Assembly (NCBI GenBank): GCA_973895155.1
Contig: OZ316894.1
Location: forward strand, 13,511,580-13,575,579
Source: Marsupella aquatica
Lineage: Eukaryota > Plantae > Marchantiophyta
Length of the DNA: 64,000 nt
Reading direction: 5' to 3'
Part shown: piece by piece, positions 47,701-59,792 of the stretch
How positions within the stretch are numbered: the first letter of the stretch is position 1
How the letters are laid out: every line of letters starts with the position of its first letter
Notes under the pieces: model-generated
Database searches by the model: none
What the model was told of the DNA's origin: nothing
Seen by the model: only the letters and a program-made list of their open reading frames with translations
Program-made: the position numbers and the translations under genes

Positions 47701-50649
47701 TCTCGAGTTTTCGGCCTCGGGCGGTTGTTGGGCTGGTTCGTGGTCACGAGGCTCTACAACGGTAGAAGCAGCCTCGGCTCCCTGCTTAGCTGGAGCCGTG
47801 TCCTCCGTCTCAACGAGTTGTTCATGCGTTTCCTCATCCCTGGCAGTAGATGTGCTTGGGGTGGACTCAATGGCAGCCCTCGGGTAATTTAGGAGATGTG
47901 TTTCGCGGGTTGCTTCAACTCCGAAGACATCTTCCTCGGACAGGGACGAGATGAGTTCAATCATATTGAGTTCCTCTTCCTCCGAGGTCTCCGAATCATA
48001 TTCCTTGGGTCCTTGTGGGGTTTCTCCTTGATAATCGTCCATTGCCCATGATACCCGTACGGTGGGTTCCCCGAACCGTAGCTCCTTCTTTCCCCAATCC
48101 GTGACTACGTGGCCACCGTACAGCCAGGGCCTGCCCAGAAGAACCGGGTAAGAGGAGGGACGAACCGGCCTCATAACTAGGAAGTTGAGATAGAACTCCA
48201 CCCCTCCCACCAGAGTGAGCACTCGTGTGAGCGTGCCTAATGGGAGGACCCTTGCCCCGTTTGCTAATCTGATAGCTCGGGCTGTGGGTTGATACGTGAG
48301 GTATCCTAACTTGACTGACGTTTCTTCAGTCATGATGTTGACTCCCGCTCCTCCGTCTACAAGAACCATCTTGATGGTACAATTATTAATTTCGATCGAG
48401 ATGTCTGGCGCTCCAAGGTCCTTGCATATCATGTTGCAGTCCGCGATCCCAACTCGGGGTAGTCTCCTCCTTCGGCGACCCATGAGCAACTCCCTTAGTT
48501 GCCATTTGTACTGTGGGTTGTTCTGCTGCAGTTGCCCCACCGTCGCTATAACCGGGCAACTCTTCACGTCTTCCTTAATATCGTAGTTCTCCTTTTTATC
48601 CTCTTTCGGCTGCAGCTTGGCTTCCTCTTGCTTTTCTTGCTCCTCTTGCTCCTGGCGCCGGGCGGTCTTGGCTGCTTTGATGTCCTTATCGATTGCCTTC
48701 TGGTATTCCCGAGCTTTGTAGGCCTCCAGCTATTTCTTTACCAATTCTTCGATGCGGGGGAAAAATAGCTTAGGGTCGTCCCGTCGGTAGTCATCGTCCT
48801 TCTCCGGGGGTATATCTATTGCTGGCTGCACTGGAGTAGTATCTTGCTTTTTCCTTCGTTTCTCCTCCGTCTTCTCTTCCTTCCGTTCGGCCCTTGTCGA
48901 CACTCGGTAGCACTCGGCCTCATCCAATGGATCAGGGTGCTCTGCTACATCCACCAAATTCACCCACTCGGTGTTGTCATCTTGCCATTCTACAGCAATC
49001 ATTTGGACGACTGCATCGCTCGTGGCTGGTCCAGCCTAGGCCAGTCTAGCTGCGCTCGTTCGAGCAGCGATTACCAACGGACAGTTGGCCCTGGAATGAG
49101 CCTCCGTTTTGTAGACTTGACATAGTGGGGTGCCTCGGCCATCTCCCTGTCGTCTTGGTTCGGTGCATTCCCTTGCAAAGTGTCCTGGCTTTTCATAGTT
49201 ATAACAAACCGGGGATCGCCAAATCCCTGGCTTAGGAGGGATGCTCGGGTTACTGATAACTTGGAAACTCCGGCCATTGTTTGGGTAGGGGTACGCAGTT
49301 CTACCCGCTAAATTACGCGGACCTACCATTGAAATCTGGTACACGGAATCAGGAGGGTCCTCAAAGAAATACTCTATGGACTCTGATTCGGGACCCGGGT
49401 TGTCAACGTCATCCAGCTCTACTTGGTGAACTCGATTCTTCCACCTTGGGCATTCCTGCACCACATGGCAGGATTGGAAGCACTTTGAACACCACGCATG
49501 GGCTCGAATCTGAGATGGCTTCTTCTTCTCCACCGGCTTTTCCGCAAGATGTACTGACAGTGCTTTGAGTCGATCCGTGATTTCGTTCAGCTTGTCTGCT
49601 TCGGCAGCCTTTGGATCTGGTATCATTCTTCGCGCCCGGGGTTTGATCTTCCCCTCCTTCTTCACTCGTCTCTTCTTCTTTTTGCTCTGGCTTTCGCTCT
49701 CCAAGTCACTTCCTGATGAACTGGATGTAGAGGATCCGGTGCTTGAAGCTGAATCCGAACTGGATTCCGTCTCCGAGCTGGACGAGGTCGAACGATGTTT
49801 CTTTTTCTTCTTGCGTTTCTTCTTCCTCTCGTCCGATTCGGAGTCACTGTCACTGAAGGTCTCGTACTTACCCTTCTTGCGGCGTGCTCGCTGGCTCCGC
49901 CGGGAGTTATAGGTGGACTCCCGTTAAGTTTCGGCGCACGCTATGGCCGCCTGCATTGAAATCGGATTATTCTGGCGTACCCAGAATTACGTATTTGTGG
50001 GCAAACCATGAAGGAACCATGTAAGCTGGAGCGCGTCTCCCGGCCTGGGCCGGATCTTGGCCACAAGTTTCTGAAACTTCTGAATGAACTTCCGCAGGGA
50101 CTCCTTCTTTCCCATGCGAAGCTGGCCAATCTTTAATAGAGAACGTTGTTCCGATCCAATGGCACAAAACTCCTGCAGCAATGCAGCTTGGAATTGTGCC
50201 CATGTAGTCCCGGGCGGCAACGAGTTGTACCATGGACGAGCTTCTCCCCGCATCACTCCCGGGAGGACGGTTAGCTTAATGGCGTCTTCCCCATTAGCTT
50301 TAGCAGTGGCTTCAAACTCATCCAACCATTCATCCGGATCATCCCCATGACGCCCCTTGAAAGGTCGATAATGAAATCGCGATCGTTGCAATATTTGTGG
50401 AGGAGCTTGAGCAACACGGGCCATCGGTGGAGCGGCTGCCATAGGTGGTGGTGGTGGTGGTGGTGGTGGTGGCGGTGGAACCGCAGGAGGACAGGTCGAA
50501 CCGGACCCCGAAGGTCCAGGGGGTATGTTCATACGTTGGGGCGAGTGCGAGTCTTCCGAGTCCGAAGAATCGGAACTTGTTGTGGTTGCACTTTCTCGTT
50601 CGCTGGTCAATCTCCTCAAGTAAGCTGCTTGAGAACGAGTGACGGGCAT
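44716..50649 (-). pseudogene. gag-pol: Gypsy gag-pol, single reading frame with multiple premature stops
   Basis: All listed ORF pieces share one frame. Gag FKGRHGDDPDEWLDEF with CCHC knuckles; PR VLVDGGAGVN; RT LDGYSGYNQI, MPFGL, FIDD; RH YVDVS..DREAL..TDH; INT GHF..C..C, WGIDY, SDRGTHF, NGMAER; WLGPF tail. Confidence 0.95.
50443..50477. repeat. (GGT)n microsatellite encoding a poly-Pro tract in gag
   Basis: GGTGGTGGT.. run; PPPPPPPPPPP on the minus strand. Confidence 0.9.
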
Positions 50650-50741
50650 TTACTCATATAAATGTGATGGTTAGTACTACGTCCTGATGTATCCTGCCTA
50701 GGTGAATACGCACATGTCTCCGCTCTACGATATGTAGAGTG

Positions 50742-50760
50742 CCCCCTCCATCTAGCGCCA
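50742..50760 (-). promoter_or_regulatory. Putative primer-binding site, 13 nt from the LTR end
   Basis: Minus strand TGGCGCTAGATGGAGGGGG between the 5' LTR and gag ATG; tRNA identity not determined. Confidence 0.7.
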
Positions 50761-50773
50761 AAAACAAAGGCTA

Positions 50774-53700
50774 TGTCACGTCATCGGCTGCGGCCTTAAC
50801 TCAGACTTTAGCTTAGACGGGCACATCCCTCGTAAATCTGAGGGTTTGGGCAGGAAGGGAAGCACGTAATGCACCTTATTCTCGTAAACTAGCGCTAAGT
50901 GCGCATACTGCTAAATACGGACACCTCCTAGGTATGGTTTGTGTTTCGCCGCCGGAACGTACCTTAGTCGATAGCAGGATCGACCCCGGCTTAAGGGCTT
51001 CTAAGCCTTCGTGCTGTCCGCCTTCGATCCAGATTTGATGATACAGGTCCTCAACCCGTGCTCGCAACCACTTACCCGCAGGCTGCACCCTGTGCACGTC
51101 TCGGGTAGTGCGTTCGGCCTGGCGCTGCCACCTATATACGAGAAACCCACACACATACACGCGCACATGCATACAATCTCGATTTACACGAAGGAAAATG
51201 ATGGGAAAGGATTTTACTACAAAGGGAACATACGCGTACACTTAGTTGACCCGACAGCCCCAGAATGAACAGGTTCAAGGCCGAGGGTGCACACTACAAC
51301 GGAGCCCGGCTCCGCACTCGCCCGGCGAGCTTAGTCCTACCCCCTCCCCTTGGTACTCTTTCATTCCCAGAGGTCGGGACTCCCCGCACATACCGCGGAC
51401 GCCCAACTCTGCAACTAAAAACCCCCCCTGCCTCTACCGAGGGGTGCACTAAATACTAAGGGCCGAGGGACGGGGTGTCCTCTTGCCAAAGATTCACTGA
51501 CTAAGGTCTTAACTAAGTTGACAGTTAGGCCGGAAACGGCTGTGTCTTATTAGAAGATCCTAATCTACGCAGGCTGGACAGCATGGCAGCAATGCTGTAC
51601 CGAAGGCAGGTGCCTGTCCCAAGAGCCTGACTAAGCTAGTCCTAATCCTAATCTATTCCTACTCCACCGCTAATGCCTGGCACGCTTGCCAGAGCCGCCT
51701 GAATGGGAGCGGCCATCCCGCTGCCTTCGAAGCCTGTCATTGTCCGCCTTGAGGAGCTGGACCTGGTCCATCAGAGATTCATTCTCTGACCTCGCCGCGT
51801 CCGTCTCCTCTGCTGCCTCCTGACAAGCCTCCTCCAACTGCTGGGCGTCACTTGTCAATTTACCCGCCAGCTGGTCCTGCTTCTCGGCCTCGGTTTGGAG
51901 CCGCGCCATCTCGGCCTGCAGTGTGGCTATCTCCGCCGTGTCCCGTTGGGCCCGTTCCTCGGCCTCCTCCAGGTCTTTCTGCCAGGTGACAGTTTGATTC
52001 TTCAAACTGTCAATCTGGTTCTGGTGTCGTGTAATCTCGGCCTCGTTCCCAGCTTTGGCCTATTTGGCTAGGACGGTAAGAGCGTGCGCCTTTGCTAACA
52101 ACTCATCGGCGGCTGCAACCTTGGGTCGTAGTTGCCGAAGCTCAACCTCTTGAGCCGCAACTTCATTCTTTAGGTACACGGACTCCACCCAGTACCGCTC
52201 TATCCTCTGAAGGGCCTCTGACTGGGCCCGACCTGCCTTTACTGCGGCAACCAACTCCTGATTGAAGAAACAGGCTACCTTCCGGGCCATGAACTCCCCG
52301 GTATCCCGGGCAATCTGATGAGAGAAATCTCCCAGAAGCCCGTTCAGAAATGTACCCGGTATGAAGGGTTCCGGGTGGTCCAGGTTGTGCCTGTCCGGAG
52401 TTAGGCACGGGCAGACGTCAACACGCGCGGGGGCCGGGGCAGTGACGTCCAGCTCTGGGGACGTAACGTTGGAAGGGGCTGGAGCGTCCTCCTGTAGCAA
52501 TGTCCGGTTCTCCGGAATAGCCACCGGTGGGTCTTTGGGAGAACCGAGCTCGGGTAAGACCTCCGCCGTACCGACTTCTGTACTTAGCCCGGCCTATTGG
52601 GTCGCATCAATGGTTGCGACACCCGACCCATCCGGTACCTCCTCGGTTATGACTACAGCTACTTGTGGAGGTGGGGTGGGTGAAGCTGGCGTGTCCGCTG
52701 GACTTCGGGCCTCGGGTTGGGGCCGTCTCTCCAAGGCCGGGAAAACCCACCTAGCTGGGACCAGCTTTGTAACGTTGACACGGGGAAGGGTTTGTCGATC
52801 AAACCGGGCGTACCACTCAAGAATGATCTCGATGTGGCTAGCAAAATACGCCTTCCCGCCAATGTACAGCGTCTTCCTTCGCCGCTCCATCTCTTCATGG
52901 AATTTCTTAGCGAAGTACGACGCCCACCTCCTAGGTTGATAGTTCTCGACCTGGATAACCTGGGCGGCGGAGATCTTCCCCCGGGGTTCCATCATGTGGA
53001 GGGCGTACCTCTGGAACTCCAGTCGCTCAGCTATCTCGGGGATGAGGCAGGTCTTCATCACGAACCCGTTGTCCACTGCTCCCTCTGCGGGAAAACTTGA
53101 AGATTGGTACTTGGCTCCCTTGCCCCCGGGAGCCCGTGATTCGACTCGATGGTCACCTTCGGGTAACCCGAAGATCATCCTGAGCCGTTCTTCCGTGAGG
53201 GACATACTCCTTCCCCGCAGCCGAGTATGTTGACGCGCATCGTCATAATTCCTGACGAACTCCGTCATGTCCTCCCCGTAGTACCTGCAAGTGTTCCAGG
53301 GGAGGGAGGCGAGGTGCTCGAATCCCTGAGTCTTCAGGTACACCGCATGCTTGGGATGGAGGATGTTTTTGTGAACATTTTCCCCCATGCGGTGCATCGT
53401 CACCTTGGCCACGGCTATCGTGGCCAACGGTAACCCGGATGCAGTGGCGGATTCCTTCCTCTTCTTCCCCCGTGACTGGCTCGGGGAAGGTGATACCTCC
53501 CCATCCTCCCGATCGGGCCTGGGTAGTGCTACTGCCGTTAGTAACGGGCCCGGGTCGGCCACGGTCACCATGTTGTCTTCCGGGGCCGCTCCTGGGGTCG
53601 GAGCAGGGGGTGGGGACGATATAGTGTCGGCCCCCTGAGCGCTTGTTCCTCTGGGCCGCCTGGTCAAGGGTAGGGTAGCCTCGTCGTCATCGGTAAGATC

Positions 53701-54773
53701 CACAGCGTTGATGACTGAGCGTACTTGTGCTGGCTGGGCGATCCGTGGTGGGGTTTGGCTAGGCTGCGGCTGAGGCTGAAGCTGAAGCTGAGCCTGAGGT
53801 TGTATGGGTACGGGTACGGGTACGACTGAGTTGGTCATGTTGGTTGCTGGCCGAGTTCCTATGAAGCTCTGTAGGTGCTGGTAGAAGTTCTCCGAAACAA
53901 GTGCAGACAACCTTGTCGAACGGGTAGTGCTGGACTCGCTGTTGATGATAGCCCGAACCTGAGCAGGGATGTGGTCGAAGTGATGTCGCTGCAAGTCGAT
54001 CGTACCCGGGATATTGAAGACCTCGTCCGGAAGCCGAAGCAATGCTTCCCAGAACCCGATATATTTGTCTCCGTTGAAGAAGTACCCGGATACCTCTGCA
54101 GGTCGGTAAAGCTCGCTCTAAGACGGGTAGTCAAAGTTAAGGATGTAGTGGTGTCGTCCTGCTAGGCGGATGGCTCTCTCGTACTCGCGTTCGATTTCAT
54201 ATCGGCACGGGTTGGCGTGTTTCAATGAGTCGGCCAAGTGCCTTCCGGTAGATAGGAACTACGTCCAGAATCGAATGGCCGAGCTGGAGAGGATCATGTG
54301 CGACATTCAAAAGAGATAGTAGTGGCGACTTAGAGCGAACGAGAGAGCTGGGGTCGAAGCTGGCGCGTGGACTGATGGACTGGTGCACTACAAAGGGTTG
54401 GCTCCCCTTTTATACCTTGAGGGCTTGTCGATCCCCCGACGTCTCCTCGACGCCCATAGGCTGAACCGCTCACGCTTGTGGTGTGCCGGCCACTCCGCCG
54501 GTCTGAGTCAACGCGTGTCAGTGGCCGCTTCCTTAAGTTCGTTATACGGACCCGAGGGAGGGGCCCCTCCACGCTCGTAACCCGGGTGTGCGAATAGCAA
54601 CCAGCCGCCAGTCCGAACCTGAATTCCCCCTTATTGCCTAATGATATCCTACCCATAATGATTACCTAAATACTGTCGTTATGCTAATAATAGCGGTCTA
54701 AGACACTCCTTACGCGCGTGCCGAGCGCAGTTAGACCGAATCACTCATTAACCGCCGTACCGGCGGCGTCACA
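50774..54773 (-). repeat. 5' LTR, 4000 bp
   Basis: TGTCACGTC..GGCGTCACA; same termini as the TSD-flanked solo LTR 17629-24300. Confidence 0.95.
51670..54306 (-). pseudogene. Full-length LTR-embedded ORF (~878 codons; one frame, four TAG stops seen)
   Basis: ATG 54306 is in frame with ORFs 52594-54042, 52060-52524 and 51670-52005; TATAAAA on the minus strand at 54408-54414. Confidence 0.85.
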
Positions 54774-56916
54774 CTTCTTTCTTAGTCAAGAAGTTCCACG
54801 AGGAGATGAAGCAGCCAAGGAAGACCTTGTACCTCGGCGGAAAGGCATATCTCGCAAGCCACATCAAAATAATCATCGAGTGGTACGCCCGTTGTGACCG
54901 CCGAAGCCTCCCTCAGCTCAATGAGCCCGACCTAACCCCATCATTGTGGGTATTTCCGGTGCAGGAAAGGCGACCCCAGCCCAAGGCCAGAAGTCCGGCG
55001 GCCGTGAGGCCCATGACTACCCTGGCCCCACAACCAGGCCCTGCCGCCCCTCCGTCTGTACCAAACAATGCGATTATCGCGACCTTGGATTCGATCAACC
55101 AGGCCAGCGCAACCATCAAAGTCAGGCTGGTAGAAGCCGGCCCCGGGCCCAAGACTGCAATTATAAAGGACACCCCGGTACCCTCCACGGCTGTCCAAGA
55201 GAACCGCCCATCTCGTGCAAACCCAACCCTTTTTGCCGTCATATTTCAAGGGCTGGACGTCATCACTCTGGCTCCCGCACGAGCTGGGGTCTGCCCAAAC
55301 CCAAGTGGGCATAATCTAGAGTACCTGGAACTCTTTGCACCGGGCACGTTTTTGAATGGGTTGTTGGGTGACTGCTCCCAACAAATTGCGCGAGATACAG
55401 GGGAGTTCATGGCACAAAAGGTGGCCTACTTCTTCAACCAGGAATTGGTTGCAGCCGTGCAAGGGGGGCATGCACAGGCTGAGGCCATGTAGAGGATAGA
55501 GCAGTATAGAGTTGAGTCTACCCACCTGAAAGATGAAGTTTCAGCCCGGGAGACCTCACTTCAATTGCTTCAACCTCAGTTATCGGCCACTAAAGATCAG
55601 GTGGCCAAAGCTAGGGCCCGAGCAGCCTTGGCAGAACAGGCCGAAGTCGGGAAGGATGCCGAGATTGCACGGCTCTGAACCCAGATTGACGGTATGAAGG
55701 GACAAGTCATCATCTGGCAAAAAGATGTGGAAGAGGCCAACACCTGGGCCCAGTGAGACATGGCCAAGATAGACGCCCTGAAGGCGGAAGTGGCAGGGCT
55801 TCAAGGAGAAGCCACAAAGCAGGCCCAATTGGTGGACAAGCTGACAAGCGACGCCCAGCAATTGGAAGAGGCATGCCAAGAAGCCACGGAGGAGACAAAC
55901 ATGGCAAAGAAAGAGAACAAATCTCTGGTGGACCAGGTCCAACTGCTCAAGCAGGACGCCGACCGGCTCAGGAGGCAGCGGGATGGTTGCTCCAAATCCA
56001 ACTCAGGCGGGTCTGGCAAGCGTTCTAGACATTAGCAGCGGAGTAGGTTTAGGATAGAGTTAGGAGTAGGGTAGTCAAACAATAAGGACAAGCGCCAAAA
56101 CTAGTTAGCAGCGTTGTCCTATCCGACCAACCTTTGTAGTTAGAATCTTAGAATAAGACACGCCATTTTACAGCCTAACAATTAGCAGAGTTTAGAATCT
56201 TGGATAGCATAGATTTGAGCACGTGGCCGCTCCGAGCCCCGGCTCTTAGTATTTAGTGCACCCCCAGTAGAGGTAGGGGGGATTTTAGTTTCAGAATCGG
56301 GCATCCGCAGTATGTGCGGGGAGTCCCGGTCTTTGTGAGTAAAAGAGCACCAAGGAGGGAGGGTACAACTAAGCTTGCTGGGCGAGTGCAGAGCCGGGCT
56401 CCGTTGTAGTGTACGCCTCTCTGCCGTTGGGCATATTTACTCAAGAGATGTCGAGTCAACCGTGTGTATGTGTATGACGGGGTCTGAAGTAAAGTCTTTT
56501 CCCACCATTTCCTTTGTGTAAACCAAGATTGAATATTTGTGAGTTTAGTTGCATGTATGAATCTTGTATATGGGTAGAGAATGCTTGGCCGAACGCATTA
56601 TACAAGCCATGCACGGGGTGTTGGATGCGGATAGTGGTTGCAAGCCCGGGTTGGATACCCGTATCATCAGATCCGGATCGGAGGCGGACAACACAAAGGT
56701 TTAGAAGTCCTTAAGCCGGGGTCGATCCAACTATCGACTTAAGGTATGTTCCGGCGGCAAAACACAAACTATACCCATGACATTTCTATAAGTAGGACTA
56801 GGCGCACTTAGCGCTAGATTACGGGAGTAAGGTTCAGTTTGCACATCCCTCCTTGCCCAAACCCTCAAAACTAATGAAGATTATGCCCGTCTAAGCCAAA
56901 ATGTTATGACGTGACA
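54774..56916 (+). mobile_element. 3' half of a diverged family A-related LTR in opposite orientation
   Basis: Encodes KKFHEEM..KTLYLGGKAY..ELFAPGTFLNGLLGD..QLEEACQEA..SGGSGKRSRH (to 56035); ends GACGTGACA at 56916. Confidence 0.9.
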
Positions 56917-57038
56917 ACTGGTTTTGGTAAGAGGATGAAACATCATTTCTTGATGTCTGATAGTGAGAGGATGACAGAAGCAACTTTCCTTGATTGTATT
57001 CAAAAGAGGGATGAGGAATAGGACTGGAAGAGCTTCTT

Positions 57039-59605
57039 TTGGAGTTCAAAAGAAAGCTTAGGCAGTTGCCCGCTACTGATCTTGAGTTCCTTTCTCTTCA
57101 AAAAGGCCTTTTGTTTTTGCGTTCAGCTGATAAGGAACTTAGAGATGAGCTTGAGTATGCCATAGATATTGTTAATCCTTGTAGGAAGTTGAAGCTTTCT
57201 TGGGGGCATGTTGAAGAGGCAGTAGAAATTGTAGCTGAGCGAAGGAGAGATAGAGCTTTGGATAAAGAGGCTGTTGCAAAACCAGCAGCCCCTCTACCCA
57301 AATCAGTGAAGGGAAAGGCCAAAGACGAATCTTCTAAGGATGAGAAGAAGCTTGAGTCATTGGACATATCCAAGATTCTTGAAAGTCTTAATTCGATCAC
57401 TAAGCAGATGGTTGTTCCAAGAGGAGCACCCTGAGGGTTTGATAGAGCTGGTCCTAGTAGAACCACTACTTGGCCATGTTTGTGGTGTGATTCTAAAGAG
57501 CACCAAAAGAGAGATTGTCAAGAGCTTTTCATTGCTCAGATTAGGAACAATCAAGTTAAGTATATAGGTAAGCCAGGCTTGAAGAAGCTTGCTTACTTTG
57601 ATTCAAGTGAAGAAATACCTTTCAACAATGGTAAGGGTGGAATGAAAGCCTTGGTTGAAAAGCATTTGAATGCTTTGGAAGTCAAGATGGTGAAAGTAGC
57701 TTTTGAGACAGAAGTCTACACCTTAGGTCTTGAACATTCTACTTCATTACCCCCTAGTGAGGTTGAGAAGAAGAGGATGGCTGCCTTCATTCGTCTGAAA
57801 ACAGGTTGGGATGATCCGGTCTTGATTTCACCCTATGTTGTTGAGGTTGGTGCTTCTTGGGAAGCAAAAGTAGATGAGAAAAGGAGAGAGAGCCCTACGC
57901 TAAGTGCTAATGAGAAAGGCAAGAAGAAGGTTCAATTTGCTAATGACTTGCCTTTACCAAGTGATGGAGAGTTCAGGCCCTACCCAGTTGAAGGATGAGG
58001 ATGCCGAGGCATCCTCGAAGAATCCAGGTTGGGTGCTAGGCAAAGATATTGAGAAGGAAGTTGCGCCTGAGGCCACTGCTCATAAATTTTGGAAGCAAGA
58101 AGCAAGAGGGTTCACAAATGAAGAGTTGTTTGGGACTATGAGAAAAGAAATCCAAGAGTGCATTCTAGCAAAGGCTAGGACAAAGATAGTTTACAAGGAA
58201 GGGCCACATTCCTTGTTAAGGTTGATGACCAGATGCAAGAGAGTGATGAAGGGAAACCTTACTTGGCAAATGTGTGGGAAATAGGAACCTTGACTAATAT
58301 TCAAGTAAAGGAGGTGAAAATTGAGAGCGAGGTAGTTGAAATGGATGAAGCCAAGAAAAAAGGGGAGGACCATGGTTGCAAAAACATTCTAGACCTTCCA
58401 CTTCCTTCATGTGGTAGTAGTGAGAAAGCTATTATGGCTGTTTTGGAACCTTGCGATTTTTTTTCTTCCCTTTCTGATTTTGAGAAAGAATGGTTAGTCA
58501 AGGTAAGAAATCTTGATGATGGGCAGTTGAAACTTGAGAGCAAGAAGGCAGAATTTGATAGCACTAAGGGACCTTTTAGTGAACTTGTTCCTACCCTTTC
58601 TTTTTCAGAAAAGGCTTGGCTTACACTGACAAGGAAGTATAGAGAAGAGAGTAACAAAGTAGAGGCTAAGAAATTACCCATTGTTAGTGGCAAGCTTGAC
58701 CCTGGTTATGATAGTGCTTACAATTGGGCTAGAGTGTATGATACCACACTTACTAACATCAATAAGTCTTTGGATTGGGGAGGAAAGTCCTACTTGGAAT
58801 CATTTTGGGCAAGAGCTTGTACAGAAGTTGAGATAGAGGTAAGAGGTGTTGATGGACCATTGAGAGCTTTGATTGATTCAGGTTCAGAGGTTAATCTGAT
58901 GTCAATGAGAGTTTATGATGAAGGGAAGTTCTTGGTGGATCGAGATATTGAGTGGGGAGTGAATGGTATTAACAGGGACCATAATACTTTGTGGGGGGCT
59001 TGTCCTGGTGTAACAACTAGGATTGGAAACATTGTAGAAGCCATGAACATTTTTGTGCATGTTAACCTTCCCTATTCGGTCATACTTGGGCAGCCATTCA
59101 TCACTGAAATGAGAATGGAAACCAAGGTTCTGGATGATGAGACTCATTTTGCTAAGATTCGTAGTAGGGATGGGCTAAGGATAGTTCAGTTCCCTACTTG
59201 TCATCCAAGCCACAAGAGGCACCGCCGTGAGTTGAGAGAAACTGAACAAAGGATGGATTTCAGTTAGGTACCTTGTTTGATACATCGGAGGGGCAAGGTG
59301 CCGGTTTCATTTCTCCGTCTTTTGATGTTAGTATTGACCAGTTGTTTGCAAGTTCTTTTTGTGGTATTTCAAAGTGTAGTCAAGTCTGGTTTCTGAGTAA
59401 AGATGAGTGTTTAGGTGTAGGGAGTCAAAAGCTGAAAAAGAAAGAAAAGTTCATGTTGCGTGTAGGAGAGTTGGTTGCTGATGAAGAGATCCTTGGTTTA
59501 TATGATGAGTATGGCAATGAGCCATCTTTTGTACATATTTTGAAAGATATTGCTAAAGGTGAGAGTGAGATAGAGGTAGGGAGACCTGTGTGCACTCAGG
59601 CATAA
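57039..59605 (+). pseudogene. gag-pol: Decayed Gypsy gag-protease region of a different family
   Basis: Zn knuckle CLWCDSKEHQKRDC; aspartic protease ALIDSGSEVNLMS..VILGQPF; many stops and frameshifts. Confidence 0.8.
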
Positions 59606-59792
59606 GGGGCAGTTCAAGTTGGATTGTGATTTGGGTGAAACTTTTAATGTAAAGAGAAAACTGTAATAAGACAAAAGAAGAATAGGGGAAATAGTTTTTG
59701 CCAAGGCTTAAAAGGGCTTTGATGACAAAATTATGAGAGAGAGACACGTGGAGACCTGTGTGCACTCGGGCATAAGGGGCAGTTTGAGTTGG
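59579..59792. repeat. ~170-bp-period duplication
   Basis: GAGACCTGTGTGCACTC(A/G)GGCATAAGGGGCAGTT(C/T)(A/G)AGTTGG at 59581 and 59751. Confidence 0.8.

Larger units (their letters stand above)
41133..54773 (-). mobile_element. Ty3/Gypsy non-chromovirus-type element (family A) with ~4-kb coding LTRs
   Basis: Direct repeats 41133-44724 and 50774-54773 flank gag-PR-RT-RH-INT; no chromodomain or second RNase H seen; flanks GGCAG/CTTCT do not match. Confidence 0.92.
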
